DNA of 64,000 nt from Nitrospiraceae bacterium (GCA_050246315.1 JBFWWG010000001.1:352001-416000); one strand, 5' to 3'; shown: positions 18,725 through 28,200, counted from the stretch's first letter. The notes: generated from the letters alone by a model not told the origin. Translations and numbers: made by a program.

Positions 18725-19824
18725 GGTGAATAAGACCTTCGACCGGTTCGGTATTCGAACAGGAGCGGCACACCGGCCGCCAGACTCGCTTGGCCTCGGG
18801 CTGATTCAATCTGCGCATGATGGGGGGAAAGCGCGCAAGCAGGATCGGTCGCGCCGGCGTTTCCCGCCACGTGAAAGGCCTGACAGCGACAGCCGCCAAA
18901 GTCGATCGTTCGGCGTTCACAGGTTCGGCAAGGATTCGGCAACCATCCCTCGCCGCGAAACTGATTGAAGCCGGTGGAGTGGTGCCAAATATCTTCGAGG
19001 CGGCGCTGCGTGACATTGTCAAAATGCAATCTCGGCAATGTCTGCGCGAGATGACAGGGGAGTGCGAGCCCTTCAGGATTTATCACCATGAACCGGCGGC
19101 CCCATCCCTCCATACAAGACTTGGGGTACCTCGAATAATAGTCGGGCGTGACGAAGAGTACGTCCATGGTTCCTCGGAGGCGCACCCTGGCATCAAGCGC
19201 AATGGTTCGCGCCCGTTCGATTTGCTCGCCGGTGGGAAGGAGCGCGACGCGGTTCTTGAGAGCCCACCCGAGATATTGCGCATTCGCCAGCTCAAGCCGG
19301 TCGGCGGACACCAGCTCGGCCAGAGCGATCAGGTCCGCGACTTCGTCGATGTTGTCTCGATGGAGCACGACGTTCAGGGTCAGCGGAAGTTCGAGCGCGT
19401 TGACCCACCGCATGACTTCGAGCTTTCGGTTGAAGGATGGTGCTCCGGCGATGCGGTCCGATTCCGATTGCCTCGTGCTCTGGATGGAGACTTGCACGCT
19501 GTTGAGGCAACTGGCCTTGAGGCGAGACAGCCGCTCGAAGGTCAGCGGGATGCCGCTCGTGATCAGGTTGGTATAGAGATCGAGCCGGCTCGCCCCTTCT
19601 ATCAGCCGTTCGAGGTCATCCCTCAACAGCGGTTCGCCTCCTGTCAGGTTAAGCTGGACCACACCGAGCGCTTCCGCCTCTTGAAAGACTCGGAGCCATG
19701 TGCCGGTATCGAGCTCGACCCCGCGGCCCGCGAAATCGAGCGGGTTCGAACAATAGGGGCACCGCAACGGACAACGGTAGGTGAGCTCGGCGATTAAGGT
19801 ATAGGGGCGATACTCGTCGTTCAT
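18721..19824 (-). CDS. pqqE: PqqA peptide cyclase, radical SAM/SPASM protein
   Basis: AELTYRCPLRCPYCSNP; PKSCMEGWG; DFGGCRCQA..DPAC. Confidence 0.96.
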   Translation of the reverse strand: MNDEYRPYTLIAELTYRCPLRCPYCSNPLDFAGRGVELDTGTWLRVFQEAEALGVVQLNLTGGEPLLRDDLERLIEGASRLDLYTNLITSGIPLTFERLSRLKASCLNSVQVSIQSTRQSESDRIAGAPSFNRKLEVMRWVNALELPLTLNVVLHRDNIDEVADLIALAELVSADRLELANAQYLGWALKNRVALLPTGEQIERARTIALDARVRLRGTMDVLFVTPDYYSRYPKSCMEGWGRRFMVINPEGLALPCHLAQTLPRLHFDNVTQRRLEDIWHHSTGFNQFRGEGWLPNPCRTCERRTIDFGGCRCQAFHVAGNAGATDPACALSPHHAQIESARGQASLAAGVPLLFEYRTGRRSYSP

Positions 19825-20102
19825 CGGAAACCTAGAAGCAGACCGCGGCGGTCAAGGCTGTGGAGAAAATCCAGCAGCTCCCGCCTCAGACCCTCGGAGG
19901 AGACAGCGCCATAGGTTCGAGCCAACCGATCCACCATGTCGTCGATCGTCCATTCTCCCGTGCAGAGGCGGGCAATCTCCGTTGCGGTCTGGTTCAGCTC
20001 AAGCCCGCGCTCCGGGTACAGGAGCAGATGACGGCCGGTTCGACGATCGAACCGAAGGCGGACTTTTGGACTAAGCCGAGGCCTGACGGTGAGGTTGCTC
20101 AT
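19821..20102 (-). CDS. pqqD: PqqA-binding chaperone PqqD
   Basis: LLLYPERGLELNQTATEIARLC; between pqqC and pqqE. Confidence 0.92.
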   Translation of the reverse strand: MSNLTVRPRLSPKVRLRFDRRTGRHLLLYPERGLELNQTATEIARLCTGEWTIDDMVDRLARTYGAVSSEGLRRELLDFLHSLDRRGLLLGFR

Positions 20103-20835
20103 CGATCGCGCGCTCCGGTTCCCACCCTGGTTGCACATAGGCCAGATAGAGACAATCGAGTAGATGCCACAGGATCTCCGCCTTCTTGATCAACGCCCGC
20201 ACGCATCGCTCCTGCACCTCATAGGTAACGGCGTGCCGGAGCACGAAGTCGATGGCCTGCTGTGAATCAAGGCCGGCACGTGCAATGCGCATCTGAAAAT
20301 AAGCCAAGGCCTCTCGGCTTACCCAGGGGTAATGCTGCGTCCAGGCTTCGATGCGACGGGCCATGAGCGTCGGTGCGAACAATTCGGTGAGCGAGGAGGC
20401 CACCGCTTCGAGCAACGAAGATTCGCGCACGAGCTGCACATACCCATCGCAGGCGAGCCGGACCCCCGGAAGCACCGACCGACAGCTCCTGACCTCCTCG
20501 ACATCGAGCCCCACGCCTCGGGCGAGTTCGAGCCATGACGCAAGTCCACCTTCTCCTTCCTCTTGGCCGTCGTGGTCCTGAATACGACAGAGCCAGATTC
20601 GCCGAAAGTTTGGGTCCTCGGACTTGGACAGGATGAGGGCGTCCTTGATGGGAATTCGAGTTTGATAGTAGTACCGGTTCAACACCCATTGTTGCAGTTG
20701 GCGCCTTGTCAACTGCCCCTCGTGCATCAGCCGGTGGTAGGGATGGCGGTCATGGTAGCGTCTGGAGCCTTCGCGCGTCAGCCGGCCCAGAAACTCGTCG
20801 CTCGACAACGGGTCGCGCGGCGGTTCTTCCTTCAT
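20071..20835 (-). CDS. pqqC: PQQ synthase PqqC
   Basis: RYHDRHPYH..WVLNRYYYQTRIPIKD..RIQDHDG..ASSLTELFAP. Confidence 0.96.
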   Translation of the reverse strand: MKEEPPRDPLSSDEFLGRLTREGSRRYHDRHPYHRLMHEGQLTRRQLQQWVLNRYYYQTRIPIKDALILSKSEDPNFRRIWLCRIQDHDGQEEGEGGLASWLELARGVGLDVEEVRSCRSVLPGVRLACDGYVQLVRESSLLEAVASSLTELFAPTLMARRIEAWTQHYPWVSREALAYFQMRIARAGLDSQQAIDFVLRHAVTYEVQERCVRALIKKAEILWHLLDCLYLAYVQPGWEPERAIDEQPHRQASA

Positions 20836-21764
20836 AGCTTGATCTCCATCCCGTCCCACGCGACCGTCCATCCGGCCGCTTCGACGATGGCTCGTTCAAG
20901 GGAATCGTCCCTCAAGAGGGGATTGGTGTTGTTGATGTGGATGAATATCCGCCGGGGCACCCCGAGCTTCGAGAGTCTCGACAGACTACCCTCTGGGCCT
21001 CCGACAGGCCAATGGGCCAAGTCCTCGGCCGATTTCTGGAGAAACCCCGGCGCGGACAGCTCATCGCTTGACCAAAAGGTGCCGTCGAACAGGAGACAAT
21101 CGGCCCCTTCCAACCCTTCCAAGACCGGGGGCGTGATCCTGCCGACCGCAGAATAATGGGTCAACACTCGCCCGTTGGCGGATTCGCGGAACTTAAGTCC
21201 CACATTCAGTTCCGGATCGAGAGGGGAGACGAGTCCTTCCAAATGGACCGGAGGCTTTCCCGGGACGGCCACGGCTGTCACCGTCAAACCCGACGGGGAG
21301 CCGTCCGCCCGCAGCACCGGTTCTTCAACTCCGACCGTCAGCGGTCGCCACGTGACCTGACCGGCAACACGCTGGAGCGTCCGGTACAGGACATTGCCTT
21401 CCGTGAATCCGCGTCGCACCGCTTCGGTCGCATAGACCACGAAGCGATGCTGTTCCCGGAGCGAGAGAAGCCCCAGGCAGTGATCCAGATCGCCGTTGGT
21501 CAAAAAGATCGCCTGGATCGGCGATGCGCGCCCGCTCCTCGGATAGAGAGGGGGGAAGCTCTCGATCTGCGAACGAATGTCCGGAGACGCATTGACGAGA
21601 AACCAGTTTTCATTGTCGACACTCAGACAGACGGACTCCTGTGTCCGAGGGCTCGCATGGATCAGTCCTTCCCGCAGGCCTCGGCAATTTACGCAGGCGC
21701 AGTTCCATTGCGGGAATCCCCCTCCGGCCGCCGATCCGAGAATGCGGACGATCATGCCAGCCAC
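20832..21764 (-). CDS. pqqB: PqqB
   Basis: ILGSAAGGGFPQWNCACVNC..RTQ..NASPD; HINNTNP. Confidence 0.96.
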   Translation of the reverse strand: MAGMIVRILGSAAGGGFPQWNCACVNCRGLREGLIHASPRTQESVCLSVDNENWFLVNASPDIRSQIESFPPLYPRSGRASPIQAIFLTNGDLDHCLGLLSLREQHRFVVYATEAVRRGFTEGNVLYRTLQRVAGQVTWRPLTVGVEEPVLRADGSPSGLTVTAVAVPGKPPVHLEGLVSPLDPELNVGLKFRESANGRVLTHYSAVGRITPPVLEGLEGADCLLFDGTFWSSDELSAPGFLQKSAEDLAHWPVGGPEGSLSRLSKLGVPRRIFIHINNTNPLLRDDSLERAIVEAAGWTVAWDGMEIKL

Positions 21765-21807
21765 CAGTTCCTCTCACTAGAAATCATTTCAACCCCCCAT
21801 AACCGTG

Positions 21808-22005
21808 CGGTTCGGCTTCGCTCACCACAGGCGGTTCGACGGGCTCAGCACAGGCTTCACGAAACCTGTCCTGAGAATACCCACCGTCTCCTTCGAGAGC
21901 CTCAGGACGCACGGTTGGTTCATCGAAGGGCTCAGTACAAACGGGTAAACATCCTGCTTTCATGTGCACATCCGTTCCCCCAGAGCCCGTCGAAGGGCGA
22001 ACGGA
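21808..22005. repeat. Cluster of REP-like palindromes between pqqA and pqqB
   Basis: Repeated TTCGAC/TCGAAG-GGCTCAG and GAGCCCGTCGAAGGGCGAACGG units. Confidence 0.65.
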
Positions 22006-22022
22006 GGATTCTGAAATGACTG

Positions 22023-22160
22023 CTATTCTTGCGCGGTAGTGGCGACCGGCGTTTCCGTCGCCGACTCCTTGATATCTGGAATGTCGGAAAAATCATCCTG
22101 ATACGAGTTGATCTCGGCGTCCATGTTCAGTTCGACAAACGACGGGGTTTCCCAGTCCAT
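22023..22160 (-). CDS. pqqA: PQQ precursor peptide PqqA
   Basis: MDWETPSFVELNMDAEINSYQDD..: W-x-x-P-x-F leader and E-x3-Y core; AAAGGAGG RBS; upstream of pqqB. Confidence 0.88.
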   Translation of the reverse strand: MDWETPSFVELNMDAEINSYQDDFSDIPDIKESATETPVATTAQE

Positions 22161-22235
22161 GACGGTTCCTCCTTTCGCCAGGTGCTTGTATTGCGTCCCC
22201 ATCACGCGTCTCGTGGCCACGGCGTCGGTCTCGGG

Positions 22236-23342
22236 TTACCCCGTCGGTTCGCTGTCCAGTTGATGCGCCTTGCGACCGCCGCGCGCGAGCGGGCGTTCCG
22301 GCACCTGGCCTTCGACCATGAGTCTCGCCATGTCCGCGGTTCGTGCCACGAGTTCTTGGGCTCCTTCGCGCAGCTCCCGACTGTTCTGGACTTCGCTGAC
22401 GTTCCGCTCCATGTCCTCCGCGCTCCAGCCCCGTGAGTGGGCGATGAACGGGAATTGCGGGAACTGGCAGCCGACTTCCGCCCAAAAGGTCATGAGTTGT
22501 CCCGCCACGCCCTGCACGTTATCTTGCCCGCCCATGATGATGAAGGCCGCCACCTTGTTCTTGAGCAAATGCCGGTTCGCGATCGTCTCCTGATTTTGGA
22601 TGCAGTTCATTCGCTCGACCATCTTGTAATAGAGACTGCTCGCATTCCCCCAGCGGATCGGCGTGGCGACCAGGATGACATCCGCCCAATAGACAATGGC
22701 TTCGTACACGCGATCGAGTTGGTCGGTCGGGTCCATCTGTGTGATCGAACAGGGCCAGGTGCAGGCATAGGCCGACTTCGAATAGAAGCCTTCGCAGGCG
22801 CGAAAGTTCAGCTCCCGCAGTTTGATGTATTGGGTTTCCAGTTGTAGCTCGCTCCGCGCGTGATCCAATGCTACTTCGAGGAGCGCGTCCGAGCCGCTGT
22901 AGCGCGGATGGTCGAGCGTCATTGCCGTCGTGGAGATGCCGACCACGCGAATCGGGCCATCCTGCCGGACGATCGCACGGGCCAATGGATGGGGTTTGTG
23001 CGGCTGCTTCTTCCTCCTCGTGGCGGAGGATACATCGATATAGAGCCGGCCGTTCTCGATCTTCGTCGCATAGACCGGAACCCGATCCTGCTCGTATCCT
23101 GGTTCCCCTTGGCCGGTTCGACGGTGGAACTTCCAATAGTGCCAGGGACACACAATATAGTCGCCATCCAGCCGGCCCTCGCCGAGCGGTCCACCGACGT
23201 GATTGCAGACGCCGGAGATTGCAGCAAATGTTCCGTCTTTGTATGACAGCGCGATCGGGGTCGTCCCGTACATCACTTCCTGCAAAGACTTGGTCCTTAG
23301 CTCCTCGACGGTCCCAACCTCGACCCATTGGCTTTCAGGCAT
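22236..23342 (-). CDS. Rieske [2Fe-2S] domain fused to a flavodoxin/NADPH-dependent FMN reductase-like domain
   Basis: CNHVGGPL..CPWHYWKF; CEGFYSK..CTWPC, ADVILVATPIRWG. Confidence 0.85.
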   Translation of the reverse strand: MPESQWVEVGTVEELRTKSLQEVMYGTTPIALSYKDGTFAAISGVCNHVGGPLGEGRLDGDYIVCPWHYWKFHRRTGQGEPGYEQDRVPVYATKIENGRLYIDVSSATRRKKQPHKPHPLARAIVRQDGPIRVVGISTTAMTLDHPRYSGSDALLEVALDHARSELQLETQYIKLRELNFRACEGFYSKSAYACTWPCSITQMDPTDQLDRVYEAIVYWADVILVATPIRWGNASSLYYKMVERMNCIQNQETIANRHLLKNKVAAFIIMGGQDNVQGVAGQLMTFWAEVGCQFPQFPFIAHSRGWSAEDMERNVSEVQNSRELREGAQELVARTADMARLMVEGQVPERPLARGGRKAHQLDSEPTG

Positions 23343-23424
23343 CCTACTACCTCTTGATCCATGCTGTACGCCGATCGACTCAACCTATCGAGCTGATGAA
23401 TCTCATCTTGCCGTCGGCATTCTC

Positions 23425-25470
23425 CTAGAGGCAACCGGGGAGATCGTTCTCTCCCACCCAGACCGTCGCCTTCTCGCAATCCGCTGCGCTCGGCGGCTGA
23501 GGGTCGGGGACCTTCCGGTCCACCGGCGGCAATGTGCGGATGTACGCGACCAAGGATCGGATGTCTTCCTCATCCCAGTTCGACGCAAAATCCCAGATCA
23601 TGCCTTGCCAATGCAGCGCCCGCCCGTTCGCGGAGACTCCGCTCCGAATGGCCCGAGCAAGGGCCGCATCGGACCAGGCGCCGATCCCATTCGTCGGGTG
23701 GGAGGAAATGTTGCGCGACCACCTGGTGCCCGCCGGCGCCCAACTGGTTTTCCTATCTCCCTCTCCGTTGCCCTGATGGCACATGGCGCAGGAGGAGATC
23801 GTAAACAGATACTTCCCTCGCATCACCATGGCGCCATGTTCTTGATTGCGGAACGTGGCCGGGTCCGGTTCATGAACGGTCGCCAGAACCGGGTTCGCAA
23901 TCACCTCCGGCGGAATGAATGCTGTCGCCGGCATCTCGTACAGGATTCGGAGAAGCAACGCCAGGATCCCGATGCCCGCGACCCCGAGAATCAGGAGCAC
24001 CCATCCGGTCGGCCTCCGCGGCCAGCGTCGTTCAGACGGACCGGCCAGGATGAACGCGACCACGCCCAGACCCAAGACCAGCCATTGCGCCATGATCAAC
24101 GCCTCTTGCGGCAGATGGCGCCGGATCGGCTCGGCCGTGGATTGACCGAAATTGCCGTCCAGGAACGTGATCGTTTCGGGTAGGGCCGCGGGGAGCGGAC
24201 GTGTCAGTTTCCCCACGACGGTTTCCACGATCCCGTAGCGAAGCGGCGGAGGGATGAGGTTGCGCACGGGGGTCAGGGTTTTCAGATACCCGGCGATCGC
24301 CTGCGCATCGTCGTCCTTGAGGGCGTGCAAGAAATGCCACGGCATGTCGAACACGTTCAGATGTCGCTCGGGGGTCTTGCCGTTCCGGAACGCCTCGATA
24401 ATCTGTTCCGGCGTCCAGCGGCCCAGCCCCGTGTCCGGATCGGAGGTCAGGTTGCGCGACACGAGGACGCCGTGCGGCCAGACGTCCACCCGCTGCCCGC
24501 CCGCCAGATAAAACTCGTCCCGGTAGATGCCTCCTCTCGTCGCCTGCGTGTGGCAGAGGCCGCACATTTGCGCATGCACCAGATAGTCGCCTCGCTTGAC
24601 CAAATCCGCCTGCCGGCCCGGCCCGCCGAATTGACCGCCCGGTTCCCACGGAGGAATCCGGGATAACGAGAGGACAAAGTTGACCAGATCCCAACGCTCG
24701 TCCGGGGTGGTCATGTCCGCGAACGACGGCATGGGACTGGGGGCGAGACCGGTCGTGATCCGCAACCAGATTTGCTCGGGCTCGCTCCCTCCTCGGAAGG
24801 TCCAGGGCGCGGTGAGGTCGCGAGAGATAACCGGCTGACCCTTCGCATCAACCAATCGGACACCGCCGCGGGCTTCCGGTCCATGACAGACGATGCAAGT
24901 CTTCGCAGTGAAGAGCGCGCGGCCCCGGCCGATGCTGGCCGCATCGGGTGGGACCCGCGGGGGGATCGTGAGTGGGGTTGGAGCGGGACCGGCAAAGACG
25001 TTCGACAGGCTCTTGACGTGGGCCACGACCTCGCGAATCTCCTCCGCGCTCAGGATATCCTGCCAGAAGGGCATGGCGCTGGCCCGGAGTCCGGTCGAAA
25101 CCGTCCGGATCAGATCGGCATCGCTCGGCGGCTGACCGGGCGGCGTGGACTTGTATTTGAATTGGCCTCGGGTGAAATCACGAGGGCGGGGAGTCAATGC
25201 CGGGGCCGCCGGACCGTTGCCGCGACCATCAGGGCCGTGACAGACCGCGCAGCGCTGGGCGAAGACTCGCTGGCCGGTCGGGGTGTCGGGTGAGAGATCA
25301 GCTCCGGGCGGCCAGGTGAGTTCAGCATGGACTGATGGATCCGGTTGCCAGTTTTCAAAGGGCTGACTGTAGCCCACCCGCGCATAGATCGACCGACCGA
25401 GATCCAGCAGGAGCAGCAGCCCCAGCGTGCCCCCCACGACCCGCCGCCGTGAGCGCAGAAAAGTTCCCAT
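23425..25470 (-). CDS. Membrane-anchored tetraheme c-type cytochrome
   Basis: CAVCH, CIVCH, CGLCH, CAMCH; N-terminal TM and an internal TM pair. Confidence 0.85.
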   Translation of the reverse strand: MGTFLRSRRRVVGGTLGLLLLLDLGRSIYARVGYSQPFENWQPDPSVHAELTWPPGADLSPDTPTGQRVFAQRCAVCHGPDGRGNGPAAPALTPRPRDFTRGQFKYKSTPPGQPPSDADLIRTVSTGLRASAMPFWQDILSAEEIREVVAHVKSLSNVFAGPAPTPLTIPPRVPPDAASIGRGRALFTAKTCIVCHGPEARGGVRLVDAKGQPVISRDLTAPWTFRGGSEPEQIWLRITTGLAPSPMPSFADMTTPDERWDLVNFVLSLSRIPPWEPGGQFGGPGRQADLVKRGDYLVHAQMCGLCHTQATRGGIYRDEFYLAGGQRVDVWPHGVLVSRNLTSDPDTGLGRWTPEQIIEAFRNGKTPERHLNVFDMPWHFLHALKDDDAQAIAGYLKTLTPVRNLIPPPLRYGIVETVVGKLTRPLPAALPETITFLDGNFGQSTAEPIRRHLPQEALIMAQWLVLGLGVVAFILAGPSERRWPRRPTGWVLLILGVAGIGILALLLRILYEMPATAFIPPEVIANPVLATVHEPDPATFRNQEHGAMVMRGKYLFTISSCAMCHQGNGEGDRKTSWAPAGTRWSRNISSHPTNGIGAWSDAALARAIRSGVSANGRALHWQGMIWDFASNWDEEDIRSLVAYIRTLPPVDRKVPDPQPPSAADCEKATVWVGENDLPGCL

Positions 25471-25542
25471 GGCAGATCACCCACTCCTTTAGTTTTCTCC
25501 GACCGTTGAATGTGGCATCTGGCCGGCTGGTGGCATCTGTTT

Positions 25543-25605
25543 GCTTAACGTTCGCGTTAAGGCGCGTGCGTCTTCGCACGTCGCCTCTTGAACGCGTTGT
25601 TATGC
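25543..25605 (-). other. attC integron cassette recombination site
   Basis: Minus strand GCATAAC-AACGCGTTCAAG..(GC hairpin)..CTTAACGCG-AAC-GTTAAGC; R'' overlaps the gene stop. Confidence 0.85.
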
Positions 25606-27045
25606 ATTCTCCGAGGCCGCCTTTTCAATCTGAGTTTCGTCAGCCGCTTCGGGCGCAGTAGGCGGGTTGGGAAACGCTACGCGGCCCGTCGTATCCAAGA
25701 GAGCGCGCCTACACGCGCTTGCATACTCTGGATCCGAGTTGCCGACGAGATACTGTACGGGCCAAAACATGTCGACGGTAAAGACCAAAGCAGTCGAGGA
25801 CGTAGCTGCCGCGCTATAGCACTTCTCCGTGAATGGATCTCCGCGCTCCGCTACTGGAGCGAGGCGGAAGCCGTTGCCAAAGAGAACAGGCTTTGCGGGC
25901 GTAGACGTAGTCTCACGCTGTAGGTCCTCATGTATATTCATCGCCAGCTGCCTAAGTTTGTCGATGTTTACTGCCTTAGAGTCTTTGCCTTCTGCTTCTC
26001 CAATAAGCCTACCTTCTTGAGACTCGAAGACGACGTCGAACTCGGAGTCAGATTCTTTGAAAGGAGCCGCGGTAAAGCCGAAGACTCGAAGCGCCTCAAT
26101 AATCGCGCCTTCTAATGGTTTACCTTTCTCGAACAGCAGCGCGCGGTGAGCGCCAGCCGCCCTCAGTTCCTCGGAAACTTTTTCCTTGCGTTTCTGCGAC
26201 TCCTCGAGCTGCTGCTCGACTTCCAGTAGCTGCATGCGAAACGCGCTCTCGGTCTTTAGAGAAAACTTCGGATCGCTGGCCCACGCCGGTTCCGGAGTAA
26301 TCTCGCCCCCTGCTCATAGAGTTTTTTCCAAGGCTACGACCGTAGTCACCATGCGAGCCCCGAACTGCTCCGCTGCGGAAGTCCAGGTTTGCTTCTCTCC
26401 TTTTGGCTTCAAGAAACCATCTCGATAGAAGTCGATGTCAGGAAGGAGTACCAGCGTTCCCGGCGATCCCTTGCTGCGATACATGGCGCCAACCGCTTTG
26501 TCTCCCGTTCTTGTAACGATGCAAGCCGGGACCTTTGGGTCTGTGAGAATAACTTGATACTTGGAGTCACTCTCGAACTCGGCCCAATATGACGCTAGAA
26601 CCTCGGCGCCTCGTGGGGCGAGCTTCATTGCGCTGCCGGTGCCTGCGATCGGCGAAATCGCGGCCGGGACTGCTTGATAGTTGTTGTATTCCGTAACGTG
26701 GCGCGTCGTTCTCTGGTTACGACCGGTCCCCGAATACGATCGTTGACCTGTGTCTACAAAAACCTCGTCGAGGGCCGGAAGAAAGACCAAAACCGTTTTA
26801 CCAGTCTCAACCGCTTGCTTGATCTCTCGTCTCCAGTGCTCGCAACATTCTCTCAATCGAAATGAAGAACTGTCGCTGAGGCTATTCTTCCCTTGATAGT
26901 AGTCACCTCCGTACGCATAGAACTGCTCAATTACAGGCTTGAACAACACGATGTCCCAATCGAGAAGGGACATCTTCGAATCGAAGCTCGCATACTGCAC
27001 ATCGGCGGCAGCTAGCTCTAAACCAACCGTCAAAATACGCTTCAT
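25600..27045 (-). pseudogene. Integron cassette gene (about 481 codons, C-terminal PD-(D/E)XK-like nuclease) interrupted by one in-frame TGA
   Basis: ORFs 26314-27045 and 25600-26235 are in the same frame (EKTL*AGGEITPEPAW..); coiled coil, then SEFDVVFESQEGRLIGEAEGK. Confidence 0.7.
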
Positions 27046-27069
27046 AAGTCTAGTGCAGTGCTCTTGGAT

Positions 27070-27105
27070 GCATAACTATTAAGTCTGCTGCGGCCTACCC
27101 GTGCC
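27070..27105 (-). other. attI-like site 2 / cassette 5' boundary
   Basis: GTTATGC is exactly complementary to R'' GCATAAC of the attC at 25599-25605; no attC hairpin upstream; TTGAAT-18-TAGACT promoter at 27143-27172. Confidence 0.6.
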
Positions 27106-27387
27106 GCATATCACGGTAGATTCAGCGCTTCCCTGGAGGGCAAGTCTACTGACAAATTCAACACGTATTCAATATTTCATGCTGCTTCGCCCACGGGGAT
27201 AGACGGCGACTTCCGCAGTCTATCCGGCTATCAGCCCGCAGTCTATTCCGGCCAATCATGTGGAGTCACAGGCGGTCTGCCGGGCTATCCACTCCACGTC
27301 CACCTCGATTGATCACATTCATAGATACAGCGTAAGGGGCTGGTGGCATCCCTTTCTACTTCTGGAGTTCAACGCGGGCCAATCATG

Positions 27388-27416
27388 TTGAACCTATGTC
27401 AGCTATGACATATCCT
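27388..27416 (+). promoter_or_regulatory. Promoter with overlapping palindromic operator for the TA operon
   Basis: TTGAAC-17-TATCCT with TATGTCA-GCTA-TGACATA (27395-27412); ATG 8 nt after the -10 box. Confidence 0.6.
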
Positions 27417-27424
27417 GAGGCCGG

Positions 27425-27771
27425 ATGTCGTCAACTGATAAGCCTTTGGCCTGGCTGCATGGAGAGGTCAAGAGTCCGCCGTTCTCGCCCGGAACTCGAC
27501 TAGAGGCCGGCGTGCTGCTGCACCGCTTGCAGCGTGGTGAGAAGCTTGGAATGCCGCATTCGAGGCCCATACCCAGCATTGGGCGGCGATGCCATGAATT
27601 GAGGTTCAGGACAAAGAGGCGACCTGGCGCATCGTGTACCTCTTAGAAACCGACGCGATCGTGATTCTCGAAGTATTCAGCAAGAAAACCCCAGGCACGC
27701 CGCAACACGTGATTCAGGCATGTCAACGGCGTATGCGTGCATATGAACGGGCAGCGTGCGAGGAGGAGTGA
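27425..27771 (+). pseudogene. HigB/RelE (Gp49-like) toxin, frameshifted near 27603
   Basis: MPHSRPIPSIGRRCHELR continues in another frame as VQDKEATWRIVY..ILEVFSKKT. Confidence 0.8.
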
Positions 27772-27773
27772 CG

Positions 27774-28103
27774 ATGAACAAAGCGAAGCGGACGCGGCTT
27801 GAGCCGCGGGGCTGGCGAGTGGGAACGGCCGGCGACTTCCTGAGGTTGAAGTCGGAAGAGGCCGCGCTGATCGAGATGAAGGTGCGATTGAGCCAGGCGC
27901 TACGCGCGCGACGCGAAGACCGCGGTCTCTCGCAGATTGGACTCGCCAAGCGGCTGCGGTCCAGTCAGTCTCGTGTGGCGAAAATGGAAGCAGCCGATCA
28001 GACCGTTTCCATCGACCTGCTTGTGCGAGGGTTGGTCGTGCTCGGCGCGATACCCCGGGACATCGCGAGGTTCTTGGGGCGCGACTCCGGAGTGGCCGCC
28101 TAA
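27774..28103 (+). CDS. HigA-like XRE HTH antitoxin
   Basis: GLSQIGLAKRLRSSQSRVAKME..VSIDLL; follows the toxin. Confidence 0.85.
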   Translation: MNKAKRTRLEPRGWRVGTAGDFLRLKSEEAALIEMKVRLSQALRARREDRGLSQIGLAKRLRSSQSRVAKMEAADQTVSIDLLVRGLVVLGAIPRDIARFLGRDSGVAA

Positions 28104-28200
28104 CCCACATTGTTTATGAACGTTTCTGCTGCAATTGCGGATTCGCTACTGCGATAAGCCTACACACGGCTTGCGCAGTGCGCAGGCGGGGTCGCCCCTC
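28104..28200. mobile_element. MITE-like element, copy E (degenerate remnant)
   Basis: CTAA-CCCACATTGTTTATGAACGTTTCTGCTGCAA begins at the antitoxin stop codon. Confidence 0.55.

Noticed and set aside
26314..26316. Selenocysteine recoding of the in-frame TGA
   Set aside because: Not a redox-motif position and no convincing SECIS; a nonsense mutation is simpler
27106..27387. Integron integrase beside the attI-like site
   Set aside because: No tyrosine recombinase ORF; only short direct repeats (CCGCAGTCTAT x2)
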